IMG/VR virus record: IMGVR_UViG_3300030397_000890
Span: 1-47,646 of that record
Length of the DNA: 47,646 nt
Strand: one strand, 5' to 3'
Origin: a virus
Lineage: Duplodnaviria; Caudoviricetes
Shown: positions 17,697-27,499 of the stretch, piece after piece
Layout of the letters: every line of letters starts with the position of its first letter
Position numbering within the stretch: the stretch's first letter is position 1
Notes under the pieces: model-generated
Databases searched by the model: none
Told to the model about the DNA's origin: nothing
The model's input: only the letters and a program-made list of their open reading frames with translations
Program-made: the position numbers and the translations under genes

Positions 17697-19244
17697 ATGC
17701 CTGTATCATTACCACAAGTTACTGTAAATATTATCCCAGCGACTACTGAACAATCAAATGAGCCACAAAGAGTATTATTCGTTGGACAAAAAGTTGCTGG
17801 CGGAACTGCCACATCTGGTGAGCTACAACAGAATATCCTGAACAATAAGCAAGAAGATATGCTTTTTGGCGCTAATTCTATGCTAGCTGGCATGATTCGT
17901 GCTGCTAAAGCTATCAATGAAGAAACACGCTTTGATGCGATTGGCTTAGATGACAATGGATCAGGTGTTGCCGCAACAGGTTCAATTGACTTTAGTGGAA
18001 CTGCGTCAGAGGCAGGGACATTTACAGTTTCTATCGGTTCTTCTGTCAATCATACTTACTCTGTTGCTGTGGCTAACGGTGATACTGCTACTGTTATTGG
18101 TGATGCGCTAGAGGCATTAGTAAACGCTGACACTGAAGTACCTGTGGCCGCTTCAAACACGACAGGCACAGTAACTATGACTGCCAATAACGATGGTGAA
18201 GACGGAAACAAGATTGGTCTTAAAATTTCTGGTACCGTTGCAGGGGTAACACCTTCAGTGACTGCAATGCAAAATGGTGCTAATAACCCAACTCTTACTA
18301 ATGTGTTTGATGTTGTTGGTGATCTTCGTTATCAAACTGTTGTATGGCCATCTACTTATGATCGTACAGAGCTTAAATCTTTCTTAGATAACCGCTTCAA
18401 CGTAACAAATGATGTTTTAGATGGTGTTGGCTTGGTAAGCATCACCGATACGTTTAGTAACTTACAATCAGCTGCTAATGCTGAAAACAGTCAGTCTTTA
18501 TTGATTCACGGCAATAGAACTGTCAACGAAACGCTAACTAAAGGTTCTGCTATCTTTGAATTGGATAACGTGATTGCTTCACAAATCGCTGCAATTCGTT
18601 CTTTGCGCCTAACTGAAGACTCAAATATTGCTCAGTACGTTATTTCTACACAAGGTGCTCGTGACAGCTTTGGTGGCCCAGCAATTGCTAGCTTACCTTA
18701 CTTCAACACGCCTTTTGCTAATCTTCCATTAGTAGATGTTGGTCAAGAGTGGTCTAGAACTGAAACAGACAGCTTAAAAGCGGCTGGCGTAACTATTATT
18801 AATCCAAATACTGCTCGCAATCAAATGATTGGTGGTGAGTTCGTAACTACGTATAAAACGAATGCAAATGGCTCTCAGGATGTCACATTCAAGTTTATGA
18901 ACTATGTTGATACAGCTTCGGGAGTTCGTGAGTTCTTTGTAAACAACCTTAAATCTCGCTTTGCTCAATCTCGTTTGACTAACGGTGACGTACAACCAAA
19001 CAGAAGTATGGCCAATAAGCAAATTATCGAAGCTTACCTGGATAGCTTATATATCAGACTTGCTAGCGATGATTATGTTCTTACACAAGCTGGAGAAGCT
19101 GCAATTAAGTTCTTCAAAGACAACAGAGATGTAACGTTGGATATTGCTGACGGTAAAGTCACAATTAACATGAAGACGCCAATTGTCACTCAGCTTCGTG
19201 AAATCGTTGCAACTATGCAAATTGTATTCGATACAAATAATTAG
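17697..19244 (+). CDS. Tail sheath protein (Mu gpL-like)
   Basis: RVLFVGQK...LFGANSMLAGM...AATGSI...VTTYKTNANG.QD. Confidence 0.9.
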   Translation: MPVSLPQVTVNIIPATTEQSNEPQRVLFVGQKVAGGTATSGELQQNILNNKQEDMLFGANSMLAGMIRAAKAINEETRFDAIGLDDNGSGVAATGSIDFSGTASEAGTFTVSIGSSVNHTYSVAVANGDTATVIGDALEALVNADTEVPVAASNTTGTVTMTANNDGEDGNKIGLKISGTVAGVTPSVTAMQNGANNPTLTNVFDVVGDLRYQTVVWPSTYDRTELKSFLDNRFNVTNDVLDGVGLVSITDTFSNLQSAANAENSQSLLIHGNRTVNETLTKGSAIFELDNVIASQIAAIRSLRLTEDSNIAQYVISTQGARDSFGGPAIASLPYFNTPFANLPLVDVGQEWSRTETDSLKAAGVTIINPNTARNQMIGGEFVTTYKTNANGSQDVTFKFMNYVDTASGVREFFVNNLKSRFAQSRLTNGDVQPNRSMANKQIIEAYLDSLYIRLASDDYVLTQAGEAAIKFFKDNRDVTLDIADGKVTINMKTPIVTQLREIVATMQIVFDTNN

Positions 19245-19255
19245 AGGATAGAAAA

Positions 19256-19639
19256 ATGGTACAAGCATTAACTACACCAACAGTAACAGCAAACAATATT
19301 ACAGTTGCTATTATCCCAAATACATTTAGCTATACAGAGGGCTTTGGTGAGCAGACGTTGCGCGTTCAAAATGCTGGTGGTGGGAGCAACCAACAAGTAT
19401 TTGCAAACAATGCTGAAACTAACTTAAGTGGTTTTAAGTTTTCTATGCTTAATACTGCTGAAAACATTGATATCATTCGTGGCTGGAAGTCAAATGGCAA
19501 TGCCAATACTTTTACAGTTACAGATGTAGATGGTTTTGCACGTAGCTTTAATAATGCTGCACTTACCATCGATTATGAAGTGAACTTAGGTGCTGACACT
19601 ACAATTGACTTAGAGTTTATGTCAGACGCCGCAGTTTAG
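19256..19639 (+). CDS. Tail tube protein
   Basis: 127 aa beta-rich protein immediately after the sheath. Confidence 0.75.
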   Translation: MVQALTTPTVTANNITVAIIPNTFSYTEGFGEQTLRVQNAGGGSNQQVFANNAETNLSGFKFSMLNTAENIDIIRGWKSNGNANTFTVTDVDGFARSFNNAALTIDYEVNLGADTTIDLEFMSDAAV

Positions 19640-19661
19640 GGCAACTCTTAGGGGGTAAATT

Positions 19662-20219
19662 ATGGTACAAGACATACAAGTACAAGAGGTTGAATTTAAC
19701 CTCAAGAAAGCGATAACTTTTCATAAAGATGGTGCATCGCAAGAAACAAAGAAACTATTCTTGCGTGCACCAAGCAATAGTCAAAAAAGACAGTCACGAG
19801 TATTAAAGCAAATATTCACAAGAGCTTTGAATGGAATGACGCAAGGCAGAGGTGACGGAGCCACGCAGGAAGAAACCAGAAAAGAATTTGATGTTGATCG
19901 TTTGAAAGCTGCATTTATTGAAGCCGAAACACCTGCAAAGGAGCAAAAAAAGATTTTAAAAGCCGTAGAAAGTACGGAAGAAAAGGATGCAATGGATGGA
20001 AAGCAAATCATTATGATGCTTTTGATGTCTGATGTTGATTATAACGACGCATTCCCACATTTGAAAAAGCTTTTAACGGGTGGCGCGTGCGAAATAGATG
20101 AGGGTGTGCCGTTAACAGCCTTCCATTACGATCAAATTGACATTGATGACGAGGACAAGTTATTAGGGGAGTACTTGCACAATTTTTTGCTTACATCCCT
20201 GATAGACGACCTGATGTAA
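19662..20219 (+). CDS. Tail assembly chaperone (G)
   Basis: Between tube and tape measure; slippery TTTTTTG near the 3' end. Confidence 0.75.
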   Translation: MVQDIQVQEVEFNLKKAITFHKDGASQETKKLFLRAPSNSQKRQSRVLKQIFTRALNGMTQGRGDGATQEETRKEFDVDRLKAAFIEAETPAKEQKKILKAVESTEEKDAMDGKQIIMMLLMSDVDYNDAFPHLKKLLTGGACEIDEGVPLTAFHYDQIDIDDEDKLLGEYLHNFLLTSLIDDLM

Positions 20220-20404
20220 ATACATCGTTCACAGAATACGATGTGGATTTCATGATTGCTAACCTAATGGTTTTTTATAAGGGCGCCATTTCTTACCATG
20301 AACTTAATTCATTGCCGATAGATAGATTGTTGCAACTCAATAGTTTTGCTAGTAAAATTATACAAAAAATAGAAGCTACTAACAAAAAATCAATGCGGAA
20401 GTAA
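20183..20404 (+). CDS. -1 frameshift extension of tail assembly chaperone (GT / P2 E+E'-like)
   Basis: T TTT TTG at 20183-20189; the -1 frame is open 73 codons (FFAYIPDRR...ISYHELNSLPIDRL...SMRK*) and ends 1 nt before the tape measure ATG. Confidence 0.8.
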   Translation, partial: FFAYIPDRRPDVNTSFTEYDVDFMIANLMVFYKGAISYHELNSLPIDRLLQLNSFASKIIQKIEATNKKSMRK

Positions 20405-20405
20405 C

Positions 20406-21824
20406 ATGGCATTCAATATAAGCTACAACATACAGGCATTTGACAAGTTCACCAGTCCTGCACGGAAAATTGCAAGAAGTGTTGAGCAACTTGATACCAA
20501 GTTTGACAAGCTCAATCGTAGTATGAAAAGAGCTAGCCAAGGTATGAAAGAACTTGGGCAAGCTATGTCCCTAAAGGTTACAGCCCCATTGGGATTGTTA
20601 GGTGGGTTTGCCTTGAAAGCTGCTGCCGATCTTGAGTCGTTAGAAGTTTCTTTTAGTACCATGGTGGGAAGTGCGGAAAAAGCACAAGATGTTATTAAGT
20701 CACTAACCACATTTACAGCACGCACACCTTTCCAATTAGAGGGAGTAGCAAAAGCAGCCAGGCAACTGCTTGCAGCTGGAGTCAGTGTTGAGAATATGGA
20801 AAGCAAGTTGAAATTCCTCGGTGATATTTCTGCAGGTGCTAATGTTCCATTGTCGGATATGGCAGCGATCTTTGCAAAAGTTAAAAACAAAGGCAAAGCA
20901 ATGACAGAGGAAATCTTGCAAATGAGTGACAGAGGCATCCCAATTATTGATGCCTTAGCCAAAGAGTTTGGCGTCACAAAAAACCAGGTTTTTGATTTGG
21001 CACAAAAAGGAAAGATTAGTTTCGACGTAATTGAGAAATCATTACGTAAAATGTCAGAAAAAGGCGGCATATTCTTCGATCTTATGGCTAAGAAGTCTGG
21101 TACTTTAGGTGGATTGTTTTCTACATTAAAAGATAATGTCTTTTTAGCCTCAAGTGAGCTTGGAAAAAGCATTGTGACCGTATTTGATTTAAAGACAAAG
21201 ATGTCAAGTTTAATAGCAACCATACATAGGGCAACAGAGTCATTTAAAAGCATGTCTCCAGCTATGCAAAAAACAATTATTCTTGGTGGTTTTATTATTT
21301 CTACCATAGGACCTTTATTAGTTGGCTTAGGTCTACTTATTAAATCACTAGCGTTTGCTAAAACTGCTGTAGTTGTTTTATTTGCCCCGTTAAAACTAAT
21401 GGGAATGTTGCTATTGACAACAGCTGGTCGTGCAAAGATTGCCGCAATTGCTATGTCGCTCTACGGGAAAGCTACTAAGATAGCAGGCTTTGCTATGGCG
21501 GCGTTTAACCTATTCATGAAAGCTAATCCTATAGTACGTGTCATATCTTTGATATTAACTGCTGTGGGTGCATTGGCAGCATTCGCGCAAGAAGTTAAAA
21601 GTTTCCTTTCTCTACCTATTGCTAAACTGTTTGGTGATAAAGCGGAAATCGAACAGACTGTGAAAACTAATGGTGTAGCAGTTGATAGTGCTCAGGCAGG
21701 TCAACAATCACAGTTCAATGGAACGCTTAATATTAATGGTGCGCCTCAAGGTAGTACTCTTAGAACACAAACAAACGAGCCCAACTTCAATGTTGGCTTA
21801 AACTTAGCGCCAGTAGGAGGATAG
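20406..21824 (+). CDS. Tape measure protein (short, 472 aa)
   Basis: FTARTPFQLEGV...Q...RGIPI...SGTLGGLFSTLKD; helical Ala/Gly-rich; position. Confidence 0.9.
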   Translation: MAFNISYNIQAFDKFTSPARKIARSVEQLDTKFDKLNRSMKRASQGMKELGQAMSLKVTAPLGLLGGFALKAAADLESLEVSFSTMVGSAEKAQDVIKSLTTFTARTPFQLEGVAKAARQLLAAGVSVENMESKLKFLGDISAGANVPLSDMAAIFAKVKNKGKAMTEEILQMSDRGIPIIDALAKEFGVTKNQVFDLAQKGKISFDVIEKSLRKMSEKGGIFFDLMAKKSGTLGGLFSTLKDNVFLASSELGKSIVTVFDLKTKMSSLIATIHRATESFKSMSPAMQKTIILGGFIISTIGPLLVGLGLLIKSLAFAKTAVVVLFAPLKLMGMLLLTTAGRAKIAAIAMSLYGKATKIAGFAMAAFNLFMKANPIVRVISLILTAVGALAAFAQEVKSFLSLPIAKLFGDKAEIEQTVKTNGVAVDSAQAGQQSQFNGTLNINGAPQGSTLRTQTNEPNFNVGLNLAPVGG

Positions 21825-23033
21825 ATGCCATTATCAGAAAAACTACTCCCAGGTTCATATAAAGGCGCGCCATTTTTAATACGCAGAGGGGATACGTCAG
21901 GAGGCAGGAAGACTGTTACTCATGAGTATCCTAATAGTGATCGTCGTTTTGTTGAAGATTTAGGCTTATTGCAAAGGAGCTTTTCGGTTGAGGCGACGAT
22001 CACAGGAAGTAATGATGATTATCTGCAAGTAAGAGATCGGTTAATTGATGCGCTTGAATCGCAAGGTCCAGGTTTGCTCGTTCATCCATTCTTTGGCAAT
22101 GTGCAAGCGAGTGCCATTAGCTATAGCTTGAACGAAGATATTACACGCTTAAACGATACTAGCATTACTATCAACTTCCAGCGTTCAGAATCCAATATTT
22201 TCCCTGAAGAGGGTAGCTCCAACATTAGTAAGATATCTGGCCTTAGAAATGGCGTATTTGATTCGATCCAAGGAAACATAAGCAATTTGTTCGAGGTCAG
22301 CCGCTTTGATGGTACGAACTTTGCTGATGCACAATCACTATTAACAGACGTAGCTACTGCGTTCTCACAGAATCTTGACCAGGTCACCAATGACACGGTA
22401 AAGCTAAGCTCTTTCCAGGTTATCGTTGATGAGTTTGTCGATAACATCAATGCTAACATTCTTGATCCCGATAGTTTGGCCGTAGACTTTGTCAATCTAT
22501 TTACTTCTGCTAACGAAACAGCAGCGACTGCTACCGATCAGTACAATCTGTTTAAGCTCTTCTATGATTTTGGCGACGATGATGTTGTTATCGTGCCCAC
22601 TACAGTATCCCGAGAGCAAAGGCTGGAAAACCGCAATGTGATCAATACCAGCATGCAAATTGGAGCACTTACCCAGTCCTATGCTGCTTCGTCATTGCTT
22701 ACGTATGAGAACAACCAGCAATTAACAGAAACCAGGCAAGACTTAGAAGATCAGTATCAAAAGATCATTGAGAATGATCTAAACAATCAGACTGACACAC
22801 GTTTGCAATTAACGGCAACGAGAAATGAATCGCGTATCTTCTTCGAGAAGGAATCTGTCAACGTCCCACGCTTGTTAGATGTAACGACTAGGCAAAAGCC
22901 ACTTACGGTGCTGGCTTACAGCTTCTATGGTGATACTGACAGAGTAGAGCAGCTAAACAATCTAAACCAATTTGAAAACCCAACCTTCGTGCAAGGTGAT
23001 GTAACTATATTGACGGGTATCGATGGCCAATGA
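21825..23033 (+). CDS. Mu gpN-like DNA circularisation / tail hub-associated protein
   Basis: GSYKGAPF...GGRKTVTHEYP...EDLG...GPGLLVHPFFG...LAYSFYGD...NP.FV. Confidence 0.88.
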   Translation: MPLSEKLLPGSYKGAPFLIRRGDTSGGRKTVTHEYPNSDRRFVEDLGLLQRSFSVEATITGSNDDYLQVRDRLIDALESQGPGLLVHPFFGNVQASAISYSLNEDITRLNDTSITINFQRSESNIFPEEGSSNISKISGLRNGVFDSIQGNISNLFEVSRFDGTNFADAQSLLTDVATAFSQNLDQVTNDTVKLSSFQVIVDEFVDNINANILDPDSLAVDFVNLFTSANETAATATDQYNLFKLFYDFGDDDVVIVPTTVSREQRLENRNVINTSMQIGALTQSYAASSLLTYENNQQLTETRQDLEDQYQKIIENDLNNQTDTRLQLTATRNESRIFFEKESVNVPRLLDVTTRQKPLTVLAYSFYGDTDRVEQLNNLNQFENPTFVQGDVTILTGIDGQ

Positions 23034-24135
23034 AGTTTTTCTCGAAGTTAATGGCATATCCTTTGAAGGGTTTTTAAGCGTATCGGTAAGTCGGTCTATC
23101 GAAACCATTTCCGGTACTTTTAACTTTGTTGCTACAGTTGATAGCAATAACAGCTTTCCATTTAATGTTGGTGACCCTGTTACGGTTAAGCTTGATCAAA
23201 CACCAGTCATAAACGGATACATTGAGAAGATCGATGTTCAGTACGGTGCACAGGCGCATACAATTACAGTTTCAGGTCGTGACAAGACTGCTGACATTAT
23301 AGATTCAAGTATTGATGAGAACCTCACATTCGAGGGTACTATCACATTGCAGCAGATCATTACTAACGTTCTTGGTAGCCTAGGCATCACCGATATTAGT
23401 GTTATTGATGAATCTGGTGGTATTGATCCATTTACTGATAAGGAGCGTGAGGCAGGTGGTATAGGCCTGCCAGCATTTGAGTTTATTGAGAAGTACGCCC
23501 GTAAGCGCCAGGTCTTTTTAACCACTGATGGTGACGGCAATATCGTCATTACACGTGCCAGTGGCAATGCAATTAGCACAGAGCTGCTAAACGAATTGCG
23601 CGGTGCATCGAATAACATCCTAAGCGCAAACTGCTCTTTTGATTTCTCTCAGCGTTTTAACAAGTACATTGCAAAGTCACAGCTTAATCCGAGTATTGTT
23701 GGCAATGATGGAACTACTACAGACAGTACAGCCCTAGTTAATCAGAAAGGTGAGGCAACGCCTGATTCAGAGATAAGATCAACAAGACAGCTGGTCTTTA
23801 ATGCAGAAACAAGCACACCGAGCCAAACAGCGGCTGATAGGGCTACCTGGGAGGCCAATATTAGACGCGCGCGTAGTGTGATCTACCAAACAACTGTTTT
23901 TGGCTTTGTAGCGCAAGCTGACGGCCTTGTCTGGCAGCCCAACTACCTTGTGAAGATTAATGACCAGTTTGCCGATGTTAATGCGCAAATGCTAATTAAG
24001 TCGGTTACCTATAACAAATCATTACAGGGTACGACTACAACAATTGATTTTGTAGTTAAAGATGCATACACTTTACAGGCGGAGCAGAACGCTGTAGAGG
24101 CGACTGCTAATCAATTAGGTGGGAGCTTTACGTAA
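23023..24135 (+). CDS. Baseplate hub protein (Mu gpP/gp44-like)
   Basis: VSVSRSIE...GRDKTADIIDSS...QRFNKY...RATWEANIRRARS...WQPN. Confidence 0.88.
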   Translation: MANEVFLEVNGISFEGFLSVSVSRSIETISGTFNFVATVDSNNSFPFNVGDPVTVKLDQTPVINGYIEKIDVQYGAQAHTITVSGRDKTADIIDSSIDENLTFEGTITLQQIITNVLGSLGITDISVIDESGGIDPFTDKEREAGGIGLPAFEFIEKYARKRQVFLTTDGDGNIVITRASGNAISTELLNELRGASNNILSANCSFDFSQRFNKYIAKSQLNPSIVGNDGTTTDSTALVNQKGEATPDSEIRSTRQLVFNAETSTPSQTAADRATWEANIRRARSVIYQTTVFGFVAQADGLVWQPNYLVKINDQFADVNAQMLIKSVTYNKSLQGTTTTIDFVVKDAYTLQAEQNAVEATANQLGGSFT

Positions 24136-24773
24136 TGCTAGGTGCAAATAGATTACAAAATATGATAAGGCGTGCTGTTAAAACCTTGGTTAAGACAGAC
24201 GACAATCAATATTGCGTGCATCAGGGCAACTACAACGGCAATACGCTAGACTATCATGAGATATACCCATATGGAACAGCAGGGATTGCACCAACTGGCT
24301 CTGAAGTTCTTATGTTTAACATTGAGGGGCACGAAGAAAACAAGGCAGGAATAGCGGATAAGTCTATTAAGCGCTTTAAGGGGCTTGTAGAGGGCGAAGT
24401 GGTGCATGGCAACCCATGTACTGGTACAAAGCTCTTTTACGATGCAGAAGGAAACCTCAACATTACTGTTGTTAACAACGAGGTAATAAACATTACAGGC
24501 AATTCGACGGTAAATATTGGCGGTAATAGCACAATTACTGTTACTGGTAATGTTAATGTGACCGCTAATGAGGCAACAGTAACAACAACTGGGGATACAA
24601 CGATTGATGCCCCCAATGTTTTAATGACAGGCAATTTGTTTGTTGATGGTGACATCAATGACAATGCACAAACAAATACGAAAACTATGGCCGATATGAG
24701 AACGACTTATAACAGCCATACTCATCCTGGTGATAGCGGTGGAACCACCGGCACACCTAACCAACCAATTTAG
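24135..24773 (+). CDS. Baseplate spike (Mu gp45 / P2 gpV-like)
   Basis: GLVEGEV, beta-helix Thr/Asn repeats, C-terminal YNSHTH (HxH iron-binding tip). Confidence 0.88.
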   Translation: MLGANRLQNMIRRAVKTLVKTDDNQYCVHQGNYNGNTLDYHEIYPYGTAGIAPTGSEVLMFNIEGHEENKAGIADKSIKRFKGLVEGEVVHGNPCTGTKLFYDAEGNLNITVVNNEVINITGNSTVNIGGNSTITVTGNVNVTANEATVTTTGDTTIDAPNVLMTGNLFVDGDINDNAQTNTKTMADMRTTYNSHTHPGDSGGTTGTPNQPI

Positions 24774-24782
24774 AGGTAGATC

Positions 24783-25238
24783 ATGGCCGGCAATGTTGAT
24801 GTTAGCTTAATTAAGGATGACGAAAATATCTATGACCTTAACATAGAGAACGGTGATTTTGTAAGTAATGACAGCTTTGAAACGGCTATTCAGATGAGTA
24901 TTTTTGGTGAAGTACGTGCTGATCGATCGGAAGTGCCAACGCCTGAATTCAGGCGTGGATGGTGGGGAAATACTACTAACCGTGTCGTTAATTACCAAAT
25001 TGGAAGCAAGATTTGGCTATTAGAGCAAGCAAGAAGAACGCCCACGACATTAAATCTGGCTATTGATTATGCACGTAATAGTTTACAATGGTTGATTGAT
25101 GATGGACATGCTACTAATATAGAGGTGTCTGGGGAATTTACTGATGAAGGTGTAAGATTAAACATTGTTATCTTTAGGCCTCAGGATAAGGTGCAGAACT
25201 TTACCTTTGATCTATGGGATAACACTACAACAATTTAA
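24783..25238 (+). CDS. Mu gp46-like baseplate protein
   Basis: RRGWWG...IGSKIWLL...YARNSLQWLIDDG. Confidence 0.88.
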   Translation: MAGNVDVSLIKDDENIYDLNIENGDFVSNDSFETAIQMSIFGEVRADRSEVPTPEFRRGWWGNTTNRVVNYQIGSKIWLLEQARRTPTTLNLAIDYARNSLQWLIDDGHATNIEVSGEFTDEGVRLNIVIFRPQDKVQNFTFDLWDNTTTI

Positions 25239-25247
25239 GGACGTGCT

Positions 25248-26798
25248 ATGCCTATAGAGTTTCCAGAAAATCAAAGTGAGTTAGTTAACAGATCGCGTAC
25301 AGATGTGCAAGGGCAGTTGCCAGCTTTGAATCCATCGTTGCGTAACAGTTTTATTGATGCGATGGTTGTTGCGACATCAGGTCGTAACTTTGAGTTTTAC
25401 CTACAATTAGAAGCTTTGTTACTAGAAATGTTCCCTGATACTGCAACAGGTACTTTCCTTGAGCGATGGGGGGAATATAAAGGGGTAACGCGTAATCCAG
25501 CTACACAAGCTAGTGGTAACATCACGGCTACAGGTAATGTAGGTTCAAATATTCTTGCTTCTACACAGTTTCAAACGTTAGATGGTGCTGTTTATACTTC
25601 TGATTCTTTGGTCACGATTGCCGCCAATGTTTCTAGTATAGTTAGCTTGACTAGAAGCGGCACTACAGTAACGGCAACGACAGCAAGTAACCATAATCTT
25701 GCAAGTAACATTGAAGTTACTATCGCTGGTGCTGTTGAGACGGAATATAACGTCACTGCTAGCGTTGTTGTTACAGCTGAAGATGAATTTACCTATGAGA
25801 TTACTACAACGCCAACTACTCCCGCTACAGGAACCATTACAGCTAATTATGATTCAGTAACTGTCCCTGTAACAAGTGCTAGCTTTGGACAAAGTGCAAA
25901 TGCAGATGCAGGCACGGAGCTTACTTTATCAACACCAATTGTTGGGATCGACAGTAATGCATATGTTCAGTTTGGTGCTCTTGCAGGTGGTACAGACATA
26001 GAAAGTGATGAGGATTTTAGAGCACGTGTATTAGAGCGTTACCGTGAAATCTTTGCTTTGTTTAATGCGGCAGCTATTGAGGCACAAGCTAAAACCAGGG
26101 CAGGTGTGACAAGAGTATTTGTGCGTGAAGCCGGCAGCGTTTTAGATTCTGTGGGATTAAGTGGCATTACAAGAAGTGGAAATGTAGCAATCGCTACCAC
26201 ATCATCCCCTCATGATTTGGAAAGCGGAATGCAGGTAAGCATTGGTGGTGCAGACCAGCCCGAATACAACGTAATCAATGAAATTATCATTGTAGTTGAC
26301 GATACTACCTTTGCTTACCCTGTTATTGGTGCTCCCGTGACGCCTGCCACAGGAACTATCGCATATATACCTACGGTTCGCCCTGGACAGACGGTCATAT
26401 ACTTTACTCGTGATAATGATGAAAATGTGATACCAGATGCAACTGAGGTTGAGCAAACAAAAGAAACCATTGCAGAAATTAAGCCCGCACATATGTCATT
26501 AATTGATCTTATTGTGCGAGCGCCAGAGGCAGTTGTCGTTGACTTTAGCTTCAGTTCTCTGTCTCCAAATACGTCAACTATGCAAGCAGCGATAACTGCT
26601 AATTTGCAGGCGTTCTTCGAAGAGGAGACGGATGTTGGTGAGGATGTAACGGCTGACGACTATCGTTGCGTTATCAATAGCACCATTGATCCAGCAACTG
26701 GAACAAGTCCGACAGGATTTACTTTAACGACGCCCACAGGAACGATTAGCGTAGCTGATAACGAGCTACCAGTCCTTGGCAACGTAACATACCCGTAG
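25248..26798 (+). CDS. Baseplate J-like protein (Mu gp47) with two inserted beta domains
   Basis: FPDTATGTFLERWG...R.PAT.ASG; GGTDIESDEDFRARVL; GVTRVFV. Confidence 0.9.
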   Translation: MPIEFPENQSELVNRSRTDVQGQLPALNPSLRNSFIDAMVVATSGRNFEFYLQLEALLLEMFPDTATGTFLERWGEYKGVTRNPATQASGNITATGNVGSNILASTQFQTLDGAVYTSDSLVTIAANVSSIVSLTRSGTTVTATTASNHNLASNIEVTIAGAVETEYNVTASVVVTAEDEFTYEITTTPTTPATGTITANYDSVTVPVTSASFGQSANADAGTELTLSTPIVGIDSNAYVQFGALAGGTDIESDEDFRARVLERYREIFALFNAAAIEAQAKTRAGVTRVFVREAGSVLDSVGLSGITRSGNVAIATTSSPHDLESGMQVSIGGADQPEYNVINEIIIVVDDTTFAYPVIGAPVTPATGTIAYIPTVRPGQTVIYFTRDNDENVIPDATEVEQTKETIAEIKPAHMSLIDLIVRAPEAVVVDFSFSSLSPNTSTMQAAITANLQAFFEEETDVGEDVTADDYRCVINSTIDPATGTSPTGFTLTTPTGTISVADNELPVLGNVTYP

Positions 26799-26804
26799 GT
26801 TGAT

Positions 26805-27410
26805 ATGGAATTTGAACGCTTTAGTAAGGAAGATCACACACAAGCATTGGCTGACTTCTTGTTTGACGGCAAATTAAGTTTAGCCAAGAACATTGAAGAC
26901 ACTAACTTACGTAAGCTCCTAATCGCCTTTGCGTGTGAGTTCCAAAGAATCGAAGATAAGATTGCAACAGTCTCTGAAGAGCACTATATTTTTGAAACTA
27001 CTTTGCTTATCGAAGAATGGGAAAGTGCCGTTGGCATACCAGACGAGTGCTTTCCTATCGCTGATACTTTAGAGGAGAGACGCAATAATGTAGTAACTAA
27101 GCTTTGCTCAGATGGAATTGTGACGGAAGAAGATTTCTTGCGCATTGCACAATTGCTTGGTTATGACGTCACCATAACGCCACTAATCGATTTAGCTTAC
27201 CCACCCTACTGTGTGCCTTTCATTCCTGTGCGTGAAGAACAGGCGCATTTTACCATGGTTGTTAGCGGTTTGGATGTGGTTGATAACTTCCCGCCATATG
27301 ATGTTCCATTTATTCCTCTTGGCGTACAAGGTGTTATCCAGTGTATTTTTGATAAACTGCGCCCTGCAATGAGTAAGAACCTTTATGCCAATATCTGTAC
27401 AGGTCTATAA
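26805..27410 (+). CDS. Mu gp48-like baseplate wedge protein (DUF2313-like)
   Basis: LIEEWESAVGIPDEC...LEERR...AQLLGYDVTI...C.FDKLRPA. Confidence 0.85.
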   Translation: MEFERFSKEDHTQALADFLFDGKLSLAKNIEDTNLRKLLIAFACEFQRIEDKIATVSEEHYIFETTLLIEEWESAVGIPDECFPIADTLEERRNNVVTKLCSDGIVTEEDFLRIAQLLGYDVTITPLIDLAYPPYCVPFIPVREEQAHFTMVVSGLDVVDNFPPYDVPFIPLGVQGVIQCIFDKLRPAMSKNLYANICTGL

Positions 27411-27479
27411 CTAAAAAACAGTTGTACTAATAACATTATTGGTTAATAATGCTAAGTGGTACGTTATCATATGTGGTCG
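27411..27479 (+). promoter_or_regulatory. Conserved late-operon promoter/leader, copy 2
   Basis: Matches 5861-5930 block for block. Confidence 0.7.
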
Positions 27480-27499
27480 TAATATAGTGAAATAATATT

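Noticed and set aside
20423-21307. 294-aa antisense ORF (also 9717..10262, 17531..18049, 30081..30710, 36650..37081)
   Set aside because: They lie opposite well-supported structural genes and are explained by codon bias
21825-27410. Transposable Mu-like lifestyle
   Set aside because: Only the tail/baseplate is Mu-like; no transposase A/B or Mu ends are present
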